Assembly (NCBI GenBank): GCA_964016885.1
Contig: CAXHJY010000359.1
Span: 11,057-75,056, forward strand
Source of the DNA: Eledone cirrhosa
Taxonomy: Eukaryota
Reading direction: 5' to 3'
DNA length: 64,000 nucleotides
Positions 25,930 through 37,888 of this stretch are shown one piece after another (within the stretch, counting starts at the first letter, position 1; every line of letters starts with the position of its first letter). A model generated the notes under the pieces. It saw nothing but the letters and a program-made list of their open reading frames with translations, had not been told where the DNA came from and searched no databases. The translations under genes were made by a program, and so were the position numbers.

Positions 25930-27245
25930 CACCAGGGATGCTGTCGTGAGCGTTTAAGGCGGAGAAAGCGACTCGGTCTCTAAGCATATTGAGCGTGCTC
26001 AATATCTTCCGGCGACAGGTAAATATCTGGAAGGCCTCGTCACCGATACCTAGCACCTCGAGTGCCTCATCTGCTGCCCCGGACAGGGACCCGCACGAAC
26101 CCATCGGGCACCCATGAATCAGCACAGTCGGTCACTGCTCAGATCTAAGATGCTTTACAAGCTCGCGATATTTGCGGACCTTCTCATCGGCCGCGCATCT
26201 TGAAGCGGGCGGTAATATCGAGCACAACGATAGTGTCCCCCCCATTCTCAGAACCAGGTCCGGAATTAGGTGCATCTGGTTGACACGGAAATCGGCTCCG
26301 ACCAGCCGCGCAACCAGTGACATTTCAGCTTGAGGCATTGACCACTGAGGTGGGAAATGGAGTCACACAGCTCCACAACGGCTACATGCCTTGGAGCCAC
26401 AGCTACCTCGAGTTAAACATTCTTAGGCTGGAAAAGTGTTGGAGTGCAGCTTCAGGCAGTTCAGAAAGCTACTCTTAACAACTCGGCTGAAGCAATTAAG
26501 CATTCCTACCTCAATCTTTCCCGGTATGCACACTCGATTTCTTGCAATCTAATGGGACATTCGCCCGGCAGATCCAAGTATCAAAGTTAAGAGCAGTTTC
26601 TTATTGTGATCGAAGATGTGCTGGTAGCCGGTAGTGTCCGCCGCTAGCACCGCCTCCGCACGAGGGAGACCGATCAGTACTTGGCCCGCGCTTATTTTTA
26701 ATATTCATACGGATACTTGTACGGGGTTTAGTCGTACGGAATTCCTACAGCCAACCGTAAAGGCGGTCAGAAAAGGTTCGCTAGGAGAGTCGTGCCTTCT
26801 TCACACACTGATTGGGCACTCAACGGAGGTCGCCGAAAGCTGATCGTCACGGGACTGCTGCATTGACGAAGCAGTCCCACCAGGATGTACCCCCCGGGGT
26901 ACAGTGTTCAGGACCGGCTCATGTGTGACACTGACTCGGTGTCATTTGCTGGCGAGCTCTTTATTACCATGGGTACGCTGCTGCTCGGCCTTGTAGCCAC
27001 GGCTGGACACTGCACAGTCACTGGCTTAGTTGATCTGCTCTTCGCTAGTCACTAATCTGTTTCCTGGTCTTGCCGCGAAGATGTTCCTCAGGAGTTGCGT
27101 TGACGAAGGGGGCGCGGATCCTCAGAAGTTCATCACTTTACTCGGTGTGTAATGATTTCTTCTTTAGACCAGTAGCCTCGGCTCTTTCAGTGGGTCTCGA
27201 GCTCAACCAATCTCCTCACAGCGCGCGCCTCACTTCTTATGAGCG
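25930..27245 (-). mobile_element. R2-like fragments (Myb at ~27.1 kb, REL and C-terminus at ~26 kb)
   Basis: HLIPDLV...ADEKVRKY...HGCPMGSCG...LEVLGI...RRKILSTL, and RGYWSKEEI...GKTRKQISD. Confidence 0.75.
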
Positions 27246-27545
27246 TTTCGAATCTTCTGTCCACAGCACATAATCCGTTTTATCTCGCAATCCTTTTCCA
27301 TTTCGGTCTCTTCATTCTCTTTATGTGATCAATCCAGCTGAGTGTAGGCCTTCCGAATAGCCGTTTCCGTTCGCACTAGTACCACTCAGCAACTTCACGG
27401 GTCCATCGATTATCAGTGGCCTGTGTGACATGTCCAGCCCATCTAAGTTTGTTTGGACAGTACTCGGCGATAACGTCCCTTAGTACTGTTCTTTCCCTGA
27501 TCTGCTCATTTTGGATATCTCTGAAGTCGATTCCCACTGCGTTGG
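27245..27545 (-). mobile_element. RTE LINE 3' end
   Basis: KLRWAGHV and EWY...RKRLFGRP motifs. Homologous to 25725 and 28285. Confidence 0.65.
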
Positions 27546-28284
27546 TGAAAGAGTTCCTCCTGGCGGAGTCGGTAGCTGCCGGGTTGCCAGTTAGTCATCT
27601 GGCTAGACGGCTGTTCGTCAGTTCAAATATTCTAAAAGGTAGGGGACCGTATTTTGCATGTTTTTATTGATGTTCTTTTTCGAACTGATCTGCGTTAGTC
27701 TTTCCCGGCTGTAAAGGAGAGGCATCAACGTTAATGCGACGGATTCTCGCCAATGGGACAGTGGTCATGAGGTTGAAGGACTATTATTTCTGATGTCGTT
27801 ATCAATATACTTATAAACTAAACCCTTGATGCCTGTTATTTTTAATGTCATACGTAATACATTATAAATGAAACTCTTGAAACTGAAGGTGTAGTATATC
27901 TGATGTAGTTTCTCTCTACACTTATGAACGAAACTCTTGTGGCTGGTTGTCTGGTATTACGAATTTAGTCGCATTTAGAACACCTCGAGCTTGTTCAGGT
28001 CTTGCTTGAGAATGTTCCAGGTCTAAATGCTGTAAAGGACATGTAGGACCAGCGTGCGTAAAAGACAGATCCTGGTCCTTTGGGAGATATGAGGCTTCTT
28101 CCAGACACACCATCGAAGGGACCCAAACGCAGAAGTCGCAGACCCGATTTGGCAGATGGTCTTTGCTGTTGTCGCCATTTTGTTTTTTCTGCAGGTAAAA
28201 ACTGCGCCTTTTCTGCCTTTATTGTCGTCTTGGAACTAATAGTAAGTTTGTGACAAAGATGTCAAAACTGCATTTTATATATAC

Positions 28285-28620
28285 CAAATTGACCGGCCAG
28301 ATAGTCGGATGGCGTTTTGAATCTGCTGCCCACAGCCTATCCATTCCCTTCTTGATCTCTCCTTCCTTCTCCATTTCGGTCTCATCATTCTCTTTATATA
28401 GTCAATTCATGAGTGGAGGCCTTCCGAATGGCCGTTTCCGCTCGCACGGATACCACTCGATAACTGCACGTGTCCATCGATTATCAGTGACCCATGCGAC
28501 ATGTCCGGCCCATCTGTTTGTTCAAACGGAACTCGGCGATAACGTCCTTTATTCCGGTTCTTTCCCTTTTGGATATGATCTCTAAATGAATTCCCGGCAT
28601 TGACCTTTATATGGCTCTTT
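28285..28620 (-). mobile_element. RTE LINE 3' end
   Basis: RWAGHVA and EWYP..RKRPFGRPP motifs. Confidence 0.65.
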
Positions 28621-28659
28621 GCGCTAACGTTTCTTGCATCGCAGGACGGCACAAAAAAC

Positions 28660-30140
28660 TCTTAAATGATTAATTTATGCTCCCCACCACCAACATAACA
28701 ACGTCGGCGGCTTTGGACCAAGCTCCACATGCACCAATGGACAGCCGTGAACCCCGGCTTTCCCACCAATTCTTCCTGCAGCAGAGCAATCTGTGGCTGG
28801 GATTTTGCACCTTCTTCGTTGCAAGCAAGGTAGAGCCTTGAATGAGGAGGCACCGGGCTGTTAATCCCAACACCACGCGGGTTCCCGCAATTCACGTAAT
28901 CAAATCTGAGATAAGACTTGTTTGTTCAACACTGTAAACTCAACCCTTGCCTATCCTTCAGCCATGGCGCGCACTCTCACCTGCAATCAACTGGCAAAGA
29001 TGGCTGGTTATGCCTGACCACCCTTTGCCTTTTCAGCAAAGGATATTGGCCACAGATGTATGCAATTGTCTCTGCTGCAACATAACACCAACATAACCAC
29101 ATCGGCGGCTTTGGACCAAGCTCCACCACAAGCACAAATGGCTTTCCCACCCAAATCTTCTTGCAAGAGGGCAATATGTGGCTGAGTTTTTGCACTTTCT
29201 TCGGGGCCTCGTCATTCAAGGCCCTACCCTGTCGGCAACGGACTGTTATGGCCAATACCACGCGGATTCCGGCCATTCACGTCATCAAATATGGGATAAG
29301 ACTAGTTTGTTCAACACTGTAAGATCAACTCTTGCCTACCCTTCAACCATGGTACACACTCTCACGTGCAATCAACTGGCAAATATGGCTGGTTTTTCCT
29401 GACCATCCTCTGCCTTTTCAGCAAAGGATATTGGCCACAGATGGGGGCAATTGTCTCTGCTGCAGCATGGCAGCGTTTGCAGGCCTTTGAACGGGATTCA
29501 TATTAATTCGCATCTTGACACAATTCAAAAAGCTCCCCTCGGAGATCCCACTCGGCTGGAGCAACCAATCGTTACCGTTTGGGTCATCCCTGACGGCTTG
29601 CGATGCCCACTTCTCGGCGTGTTCCCGGTGAAATCCAGGCGTGTACCTCGGTGGCATACCGTAACTTCGCCACTCCGTGTGGTGAGGTCTGCAGACGTTG
29701 ACAAAGCGCGTATAGCGGTGTGGCTAGAGGCGTACAAGATGAGGTTCCGTGGATCCTTACTAGAGGGTATTGTCTCCGGCGGCTGACAGTGACTCGGGTA
29801 ACAATCAACCCTGCCACTGTACAAGAATGAAACCATGGTAGACTCATGCGGATGAAACATCCTGTGTGTCCGCAAGCGAATAACCGTATCTAGCAAAGAT
29901 TGTAATTATTCCGAGCAGGTAGGAGCTGTGACATGTAGAACCGGGGCAGGTAATACTGATTCAGGAGATGGAATTTCTGCTGGAGTTTCAGTGGAGACCT
30001 GCATATTTTGTAGATACAAACACACCGGCTCCACCGAAGCATTCATCTTGGAGCTTTGACCCTACGTACGAACACTTTTCTGACACTTCGATCCTCGAGA
30101 GCTGAATCCCGTCAAAGTTTGGCGGAGGATTCGTGTTGAG
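28660..30140 (-). mobile_element. R2-like 3' half with a ~385-bp tandem duplication of the zinc-knuckle/REL region
   Basis: LQQKFHLLNQYYLPRFY and KWASQAVRDDPNGNDWL...FLNCVKMR. The blocks 28895-29085 and 29280-29465 are near-copies. Confidence 0.75.
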
Positions 30141-30339
30141 AAATAATTGGTGACGGTGTGGTGGAATGATGGTAGTGGTGGTAGCATTGGAGGGTGGTAT
30201 AAAATGTCAATGTTGACACAATTATGAGTTAATCAGTAGTTTGAGTCAGCTAAAATTGAGCAGATCTATGATGAAGTGCGTTCCAACCGAAACCATCTTG
30301 TCTTGTTTTCAATGTATCTATAACTACTTTGTGTTTTAT

Positions 30340-31430
30340 TATTATAGGGCGTAAAGGTTCAACATATCACATGATCCACATGACAGGTGCAATGTGTCTG
30401 AACACGGAAGATCCGAACTGCCACTGTCATCCCTCGCCATCTCTCTGTATTGTGAGCAGTGGAGGAGGAAGATTGTTGTTTTGAGAGGTAATTCGCCATA
30501 CTTGGTCACTTTCAGGGGAATGATATCGAGCCTCGGGGCTCTAAAAGATTGGATGGACTTGAGTGCAGCTTCAAAATCATGATAGGTAGGGTTGGCAGAC
30601 ATTGTCGCACAGGGTGCTTTGGGGTGCGTTTGAGAAAGTTTTGTACTACAGTGCAGTTAGAACTGAAACAATATTTTGGTGATGTCAGCCGCTTCGAGGA
30701 TAGATATAGACATCCTGACGGGCCCGAAAACCTTGTTTCTTTAGAAGAATTCTCATATTTTGGCGGTCAGCGTATTGTATTTCTTCGGCCTTATCTCTCC
30801 ACCAGTGCTTTCAGGATTCTGCGGAGCTCCCTTTGGTAGCAGGCCTTGGGATGGAGGAATTTGGCTTTCAGTCGTTGAGATGATGGGTGGGATCCATACT
30901 GAAATTTGGCTTTCCGTTTCGCTTATTGTTTTTAATCTCTCAGCTACAAAATTATGAAGTACACTATTTCTAACATTGAATTGTGTTAAATATTTTTTTA
31001 GAAAATATTTCATTTGGAATTGTTGCTCTATGGTCAGTTTCCTTGGATTGGTATTTCTGGTGTTGCTACCCCGCCTATCTTTAGATGCGTTCCAACCGTA
31101 TTTATGCATGTCGAGGAATGTTTGTGTCCTTTTATTCTTTTTAAACGGTAGGGTGTTATTTGATTGCTATTTCTAGTAGGCTCTCGTCAGGTTTATTGGG
31201 GAATAGGTAGAACGGACAGCTAGAGGGGTCCACTAACCGACACTACGTTTTAGCTTAAGCGACATTTCGGGAGACATTTGGTTTCTACTGTGAGCCTGTT
31301 GAAGACTACATATCAAAGGCCTTGTAACATTTCTAAAATGTTGTCCCCCCCCACCCCAAGTTTATATTTTTATAACTGATACAAAAGTGTTTCTAGTTTG
31401 AGCTGGTAGATTACAAATAAACTTGTCACC
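30340..31430 (-). mobile_element. RTE (BovB-like) LINE internal fragment
   Basis: NPTYHDFEAALKSIQSFRAPRLDIIP...KYG resembles RTE PTxxEVxxAI...KAxGxDxIP. Confidence 0.6.
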
Positions 31431-31479
31431 TTTTTCTAAAATGCCACTCCCACCTTTTTCTTTTCATATATACATTACA

Positions 31480-33035
31480 TTTCATAACACAGAGAGAAAC
31501 CAGGGCCATAGAAAGGCAAAGGAGACTGCCTCGGTACACTGCAAGATTGGGCTCAGTTTTTTCTATAAAAAAGGCTCGTTGACCGAGGATCCTGAAGAGA
31601 TAAGTGAGATTCTGAATGAACAGTACAAGTGTTTTCACACACCCAAATAAGCACATTCAAATAAAAAAGCCAGGGGAATTCTTTGATGCCACAGCACTAC
31701 ACAGAGAAATGGCGCCCATCAACCACGTAGATATAACGGAGGAAGATGTTATATCAGCCATAGAATGAGAGCAAGCTCAGCTGCTGGACCTGAACATACA
31801 AGCGTGCCTTAGCAAGATCACTGAAGATCCTCTTCAGAAGTTCTCTGGCTAGCGGTAAACTACCCAGAGAACTAAAAAGGCATAATATGCCCTATCCATA
31901 AAGGAAGAAGCAGAACAGAGGTAACAAATACTCTCGCCTAACTATAGGTGACTTAAAAGACAGAGGCCAGACTGTTGCAGCCGACAGGCCCTCTCAAAGG
32001 AAACATCAATAACGAGTGGGGTTCCCCCAGCATACTGTCTTCGGACCACTACTGTTTTTGGTGTCTTTCAGACATGCATACTGTAGTAGAACATCCCTCA
32101 CTAGCTATGTTGATGACACAAAAGTAGCACAGGCAATCAAGAACCCAGCTGATGCTACTCATTTACAAGATCTGGATGCCATATACAAAAGAACTGAGGA
32201 CAACAAAATGCAATTTAATGCTGGAAAATTTCAAGCACTACGATATCAACCTGCTAACACGACAGTACAACAAAGCTACATCGGACCAGGAGGGATCGAA
32301 ATCCCCATATCGAAATTGATACAGATATAGACATGAGCGACGATGTATCGTTTCATTCACACATGAAAATTGCGACAATGTGCAGACGACTCGCTTGTTG
32401 AATCTTACAGGCTTTCAAGACAAGAGACCAAGAAACCATGTTGGTACTATGGAGGACAATTGTCCTAAGCCGACTGGACTATTGCTCCCAACTGTGGTCA
32501 CCCCATAGTGTCAAACTAACCAGAGCTTGAAGCAATCCAACGAAGCTACACCAAGAGGATTTTCATTATGAAGGAGTGGGAGAGGCTAAAATAACTAAAA
32601 TTCTACTCCTTGGAATGAAGACGGCAGAGGTATGCAGTGATACACATATGGAAGATCCTTGAGGGACTAGCACCGAATTTTGGCATTCAGAGATTGACCA
32701 ACCCTCGAACAGGACGTCACTGTGTGGTGTCAAAGGTTCCGTCTTTCACATTTAGAGTAAGGAGCAATATCACAATAGTCTGGGGTTCAAAGGCCCTCAA
32801 CTCTTTAATAAGCTGCGAATAAAATTGAGACAGCTGCATACTGTTGAAGTGAGTTTTCAAGAAACATATTGATACTTTGCTATCCAGGATCCCAGATGAA
32901 CCCACAGCACGGAATGAAGGTAACGTAAAAGCAGCAGAAGCGAAATCCCTCCCACATCAATTCCCAGCCAACGCAAGCTGGATATAGAAAGTGAAGCAAC
33001 AAGGATGGTGCCCCAGCATTGCTGGAACAGGTAAA
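31480..33035 (+). mobile_element. Degenerate CR1/L2-group (Proto2-like) LINE 3' portion
   Basis: GFPQHTVFGPLLF, SYVDDTKV, FNAGKFQ, DYCSQLWSP, YSLE*RRQRY and LLSRIPDEP. Same family type as the 55-58.8 kb element. Confidence 0.85.
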
Positions 33036-33131
33036 ATAGTAAGAGTATACGCAGTATATTTGTATGTTGAGCAGAAAGATGGAAAATTGTCTTAGTCTAT
33101 TTTGACTTCTACTCCCTTGACCCTTTCTGGA

Positions 33132-33315
33132 AGGGTGTGGATTGGCAGTATCGGTAGAGGGTCGGACGCCATGCTTTGACGTATAGTTACGGCCCTTGCC
33201 ATTCTGGGTTCAAATCCCGCCAAGGTTAACTTTGCCTTTCATCCTTACGGGGTCGATAAAATAAAGTACCAGTAATGCACTGGGTAATTGCTGGCCTTGT
33301 GCCTAACGTAGAAAC
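33132..33315 (+). mobile_element. tRNA SINE with Meta-type domain
   Basis: GGGTTCAAATCCCGCC...TTTGCCTTTCATCCTTACGGGGTCGATAAAATAAAGTACCAG. Confidence 0.75.
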
Positions 33316-33444
33316 AATTATTTAGATGTGGTATGTTTATATTTAGCATATTAGCATTGTTGATAGTGGAAACGGGAACCGTTATTGTAGTGTCACTCCA
33401 ACCTATCAGTTCGTTCTACACGAATACATCTCTAGTAATAGACA

Positions 33445-33585
33445 GGTAGACGTAGCATGGTTGAATGGTTAAGAAATTTGTTTGACTATCATGAGGTCTC
33501 ACTGTGTAGCATCTAGGGCAAGTGTCATTTATCAAAGCCTCTGCCTGACTCGGGCCTTTTGAGTGAAATTGGGTAGTCGGGAATT
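33445..33585 (+). mobile_element. CORE-type SINE (paralog of 17213)
   Basis: Near-identical to 17213-17365. Confidence 0.6.
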
Positions 33586-35159
33586 TTTTATAGTACCATC
33601 ATATGGACTCTACCTGTTATTTAAAAGGAAGTTATCAATTTGAATCTCTCTGCGAACTAAAATAACAATGACTGTGAAAAGCTCAACCATTTGTACGTTA
33701 ATTTCACGTACTTGCTGTTCCGCTGACAGAATAACTGGAACAATCACCGTTAAAATTGACGGAGATCCATTCCATTCCAGCAATAGTTAGCTGAACAATA
33801 CACATTTGATCGACATATTTTATGTTGATTAAAATATTTCTTCTAGCTACGTCTAATTCATATTTGCTGTAAGGTATTTATAATTTAAAATATATGTATC
33901 CACCTCATTTAACAATATATATGTTTAACTGACTCTAGCATGTCTCCCTCGCTATCCTCCTCCCGGCACCACGAAGCTATGTCTACCTGAGGTTCTGCAC
34001 TTCAGAAACAGATCATACAGACGGAAGTGACAACCTTTTGGTTGGTTGATTCATCTCATTACTACACACGCATACGTAAATATAATATTACGCAGTTAAG
34101 ATTTTTTTTTTTTTTTTTTTTTTTTTGGCGTTAAATATTGGGCAGTGTTTTTTTTTTTTTAAAAGGCACTTCAGCGTGGAGGCTCTGTGTAAGGTGTAGT
34201 TTGTTGCGCAACTTGGTGTCTACCTCAAGCAGGTAGATTAATACTGACAGCCTCATTGTAACCTCCTTTCAGAAACGTTATCATAAAAATATATTTAGCA
34301 AGAAGCCTTTATTTGTGAAATTTTCGAGACTTCCGTCATTTAGAAGTTTGCTTTTTAATCAAATGTGTAAAAAGAGATAAAATAAAAGTAAAAAATCAAA
34401 GAATGTTGTAAAATTTTTCACTTTTCTCTCGTGTTTTGATAAAAAAAATGTTAGTAGTTGAAGCATTTCCTTTTTAAAAAGCCAATCAGATTGCAGAAAA
34501 AAGGTCTTTCATGTTTTACCGAGTAAATTTGATAAAATTTATTTATAAATATGCCATTTTCAAAACATTAACCGTTAGGCAGAAGAAAAGTTCCTCATAC
34601 TTGATATTCTTTAAAATGAAATCTGTTATTTATTCTCCTTTCAAATCTAAGTGATGACACGTCTTTTTAGATAAAATTCTTTTGACTAAAGCAGACGAAC
34701 GTGCTTAGAAAGTCGTCTGGCATATTTGATTCAAGTGTTTTTTTTTTTCTTTGTATTTTCCCCCAGTTGAATAGCATTTAAAAATCACTTCCACCCCTAA
34801 TGCATTTATATCGGTGAAATAGATTTAAAAATCTTGTTGGTAAGGCGAACCTTCGATATTGTAACCTGGCTTCGATTCTCGTTCAAACCATCTCATTTCA
34901 CTCATATAAATGATGAAACCTATTACAAAATTTTGTTTGAGAATCATTTGAATAAAATTTTCACTTGTGATTCTATGGATCCTATCTACAGTAAAAGAAA
35001 AGCGTGGAAAGATTGTGGAACTGAAACAACTCAAAATAAAACTTTGTCATCATTTGCCCTTCGTATTTTTCTATCGTTTTGAAAATTATCGGTCTTCTAT
35101 TACATATTTCACAATGCTTCGTATTTACACTTTATTCTCAACAATAATTGTTTCTACTT

Positions 35160-35255
35160 TTGGTACAAGGCCAACAATATCCCAGTGCTTTATTTTATCG
35201 ACCCCGTAAGGATTAATGGCAAAGTTAACCTTGGCGGGATTTGAACTCAGACCGT
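35160..35255 (-). mobile_element. Meta-type SINE, reverse orientation
   Basis: TTTTATCGACCCCGTAAGGAT...GGCAAAG...GGCGGGATTTGAACTC. Confidence 0.65.
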
Positions 35256-36964
35256 AAAGGGCCATAATTCTATGTTTGATTTGACGTCTATTAAGAAATT
35301 TAACAGTAAATTTTGTGTACAACTATTTTAAGTAAAAATTCTTGAATCGTATAGCTACTATAATCCTTTCCATTTCCGCTTATTTGAAATTACGACATTG
35401 AAACGATGAATCGATAAATGTAAAATTAAACCTTTGCTTAAATTTTACGTAGAACTATTTTATTGTTAGTTCTGTTTATCTTGTTGCTGTCTATCCCCCA
35501 AGTCATTTCTGATCTGACAGACGGAGGATTAAAGATTTATCCGGTCATTTTTTTTTCAGAAATTGTATCTAAAAGTACATCCGTATTTTTCTTATAAGAT
35601 AAGCTTATTTCTCACAACTCGCAACTTGCCATTATCACTAGCAGGTTCAGCTCCTTCGAATAAGTTCTTTTGTCTACTCATTAAGTTCTCCATTAAACAA
35701 TGTCTAATTTTCACTTTTATATAATTTAACTACAGTTCAATAATCAAAACACGCACGATCGAATTGTACAGCTGAAAGATCGTTAGATCGAACCAAGGAA
35801 AGTTTCCCCTTTTCTTTTTTTCTCGCTATTGTTTCTAGCTCAATAACAACGCACCGCCCGGCCCAAGAATGAAACCCACTATATTATGATAGTGAACCCA
35901 ACATTCCTAACCAATAGGACACTTTTTTCAAAGTATGACATCTGTTTGCAATGAGTATCATTTTCCTTTTAGACTTAATATGGATATAAAATTTAATATG
36001 GATATAAAATTTAAAGTTAAAATGCAGTTACATCCTGGAAGAGTCATTTTAGTTACGAGTTTTAACTCGCATCGTGAGATGCTACGGTATGTATGGAATA
36101 CCATGTTTGCGTTTGTCGTTGCATGGCGGTGTATGAGTTCCACTCTAATCAGTCTTTTAATGACTGAAATAACTCTTCCACAATGTAATTTCTTTAGTTT
36201 TAAGTCTCAGATACTCATTTGCCAAAAAAGTGCACCTAAAGTTAAATGAAACGGCGTAAAAAAAAAATAGTGAAGTAAGGATCAACAGTGCAGAAAAAAT
36301 TAAAAGATCCCAAAATAAAGGGTAGATTTTCATTTTAAAATGAAAATTGTCCCTTTATTTTGGACCCTTTTTTTTATCGTTTTTTTTTTCGATTTTTCGT
36401 TTTTTTTTCGGTAAAACATTACCAGTAACGCACTCCCCACCCCTCAAAAAAAATTGTTGGCCTTCTGTCTAAATCAGAAACCATATATCTTGTTTATTGT
36501 TGTAGAACTATATCCTTATTTCATGTTTTATCAAATTTTATAACCTCCTTGCTCCCAAATCTTCGTTTTATGTAACTTTGTTTTTCCAACGTCATATCTA
36601 TTGTAACCCTTGTTTATTTACAGTATTCTATGTACAATCATTTGAGGTTAATAAAGAAATCATTAATTCATTATTTATATTATTGCTGATTCCCCACTTC
36701 AACCCTTAACATTTTTTTTTACTTGTTATAACCATCCTCTAACATTATTTATTTGTTTTCACTGTACCAGGGTCGGCTGAAAAGCATGCATTAATTTCAA
36801 ATCTTAATTGCTTCTTTCCAGGGACTGTTGAAAAATAAACCTCATTTGGTCATTCTCTGAGAGTATCATGCAAGATTTCACAGCTCTAGCATCACTCCTT
36901 CATAGTCAGCCTGTGAACTTTTCAGTCGACTCGCCTATAATAATTGGGACTATTCCGGTCAATA

Positions 36965-37110
36965 GGCGGTGAATTGGAAGTCGTTAGAACGTCGGATAGA
37001 ATGCTTTATGGCATTCGTTCCGGCTTTCTACTGAGTTCAAATCAGTGCTCAACTTTGCCTTTCATCCTTTTGAAGTCGATAAAAAAGTACCAGTCTAATA
37101 CTGGGGTGGA
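36965..37110 (+). mobile_element. Meta-type tRNA SINE
   Basis: GGCGGTGAATTGG...GAGTTCAAAT...CTTTGCCTTTCATCCTTTTGAAGTCGATAAA. Confidence 0.7.
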
Positions 37111-37474
37111 TTCTTCATTTCTCTTTCTCCATTTCCTATCTCTCAATTTCTTTCTCAGGAAGAAATCTGCTGTACTCAGGCCTGGAGAGAGATGGGCTCT
37201 GCCAGGCTTAAAATGCCCAAGAAACGCCATATGTCAATACGGCGACTCTACAACTCCCTCAGGAGTTACAGGACAATACATACATACATTCTGGTCAATA
37301 CTCTATCTTAACCCTGTTATTTTCCAAGTCTTTATTTGGATATTTTTTTCGACCTTCTTTATCGAAACGTTCTAATTATTTAACCAACCAAATTACATGA
37401 ATTAGTGTACAAAAGCTGCCTTTTCTGATGGTGCACTGTAGGTATGCAGTTCTTTCTGTGTAGAGCTGCACACT

Positions 37475-37590
37475 AGGCAGCGTTAGAACGTCGAATAGCT
37501 TTGCAGCAGGCGTTCCATATCTCCAAGTTCAGATCCTGTCGAGGTTAACGTTTATCCTTTTGAGGTCGATAAATAAAATACTAGTCCTGT
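37475..37590 (+). mobile_element. Meta-type SINE, degenerate
   Basis: GTTAGAACGTCG...GTTCAGATCC...ATCCTTTTGAGGTCGATAAA. Confidence 0.55.
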
Positions 37591-37614
37591 ACAGTTGAAT
37601 TTCCTTTCTTCCCT

Positions 37615-37888
37615 TTTTCGCTCTCGCTCGCTCGCTCGCTCTCTCGCTCTCTCGCTCTCTCGCTCTCTCGCTCTCTCGCTCTCTCTCTCCTCTCTCTCCT
37701 CTCTCCTCTCTCTCTCCTCTCTCCTCTCTCCTCTCTCTCTCCTCTTTCTCTTCTCTTCTCTCTTCTCTTCTCTCTTCTCTTCTCTCTTCTCTTCTCTCTT
37801 CTCTTCTCTCTTCTCTTCTCTCTTCTCTTCTCTCTCTCCCCTCTCTTCTCTTCTCTCTCTCCTCTCTCTTCTCTTCTCTCTCTCTCCC
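37615..37888. repeat. CT-rich compound microsatellite (CTCG, CT, CTCTT units)
   Basis: Visible directly in the sequence. Confidence 0.95.

Noticed and set aside
27885-27905. GTGTAGTAT resembling the U2 snRNA (Utopia target)
   Set aside because: The match is only ~9 nt and the rest of U2 is absent.
31158-31195. Minus-strand CTGACGA...GAAA...TC hammerhead-like spacing
   Set aside because: Stems I and II do not pair, and it lies within an RTE coding remnant.
33132-33225. tRNA genes at A/B-box-like motifs (also 4621, 7832, 19736, 36965)
   Set aside because: There is no cloverleaf, and each motif continues into a SINE body.
37110-37300. Polypyrimidine tract plus AG at 37157-37158 suggesting a host exon
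   Set aside because: There is no partner exon or recognisable product. One frame (RWAL...NAIC...FWSIL) resembles a decayed LINE C-terminus, and the tract may be a SINE tail.
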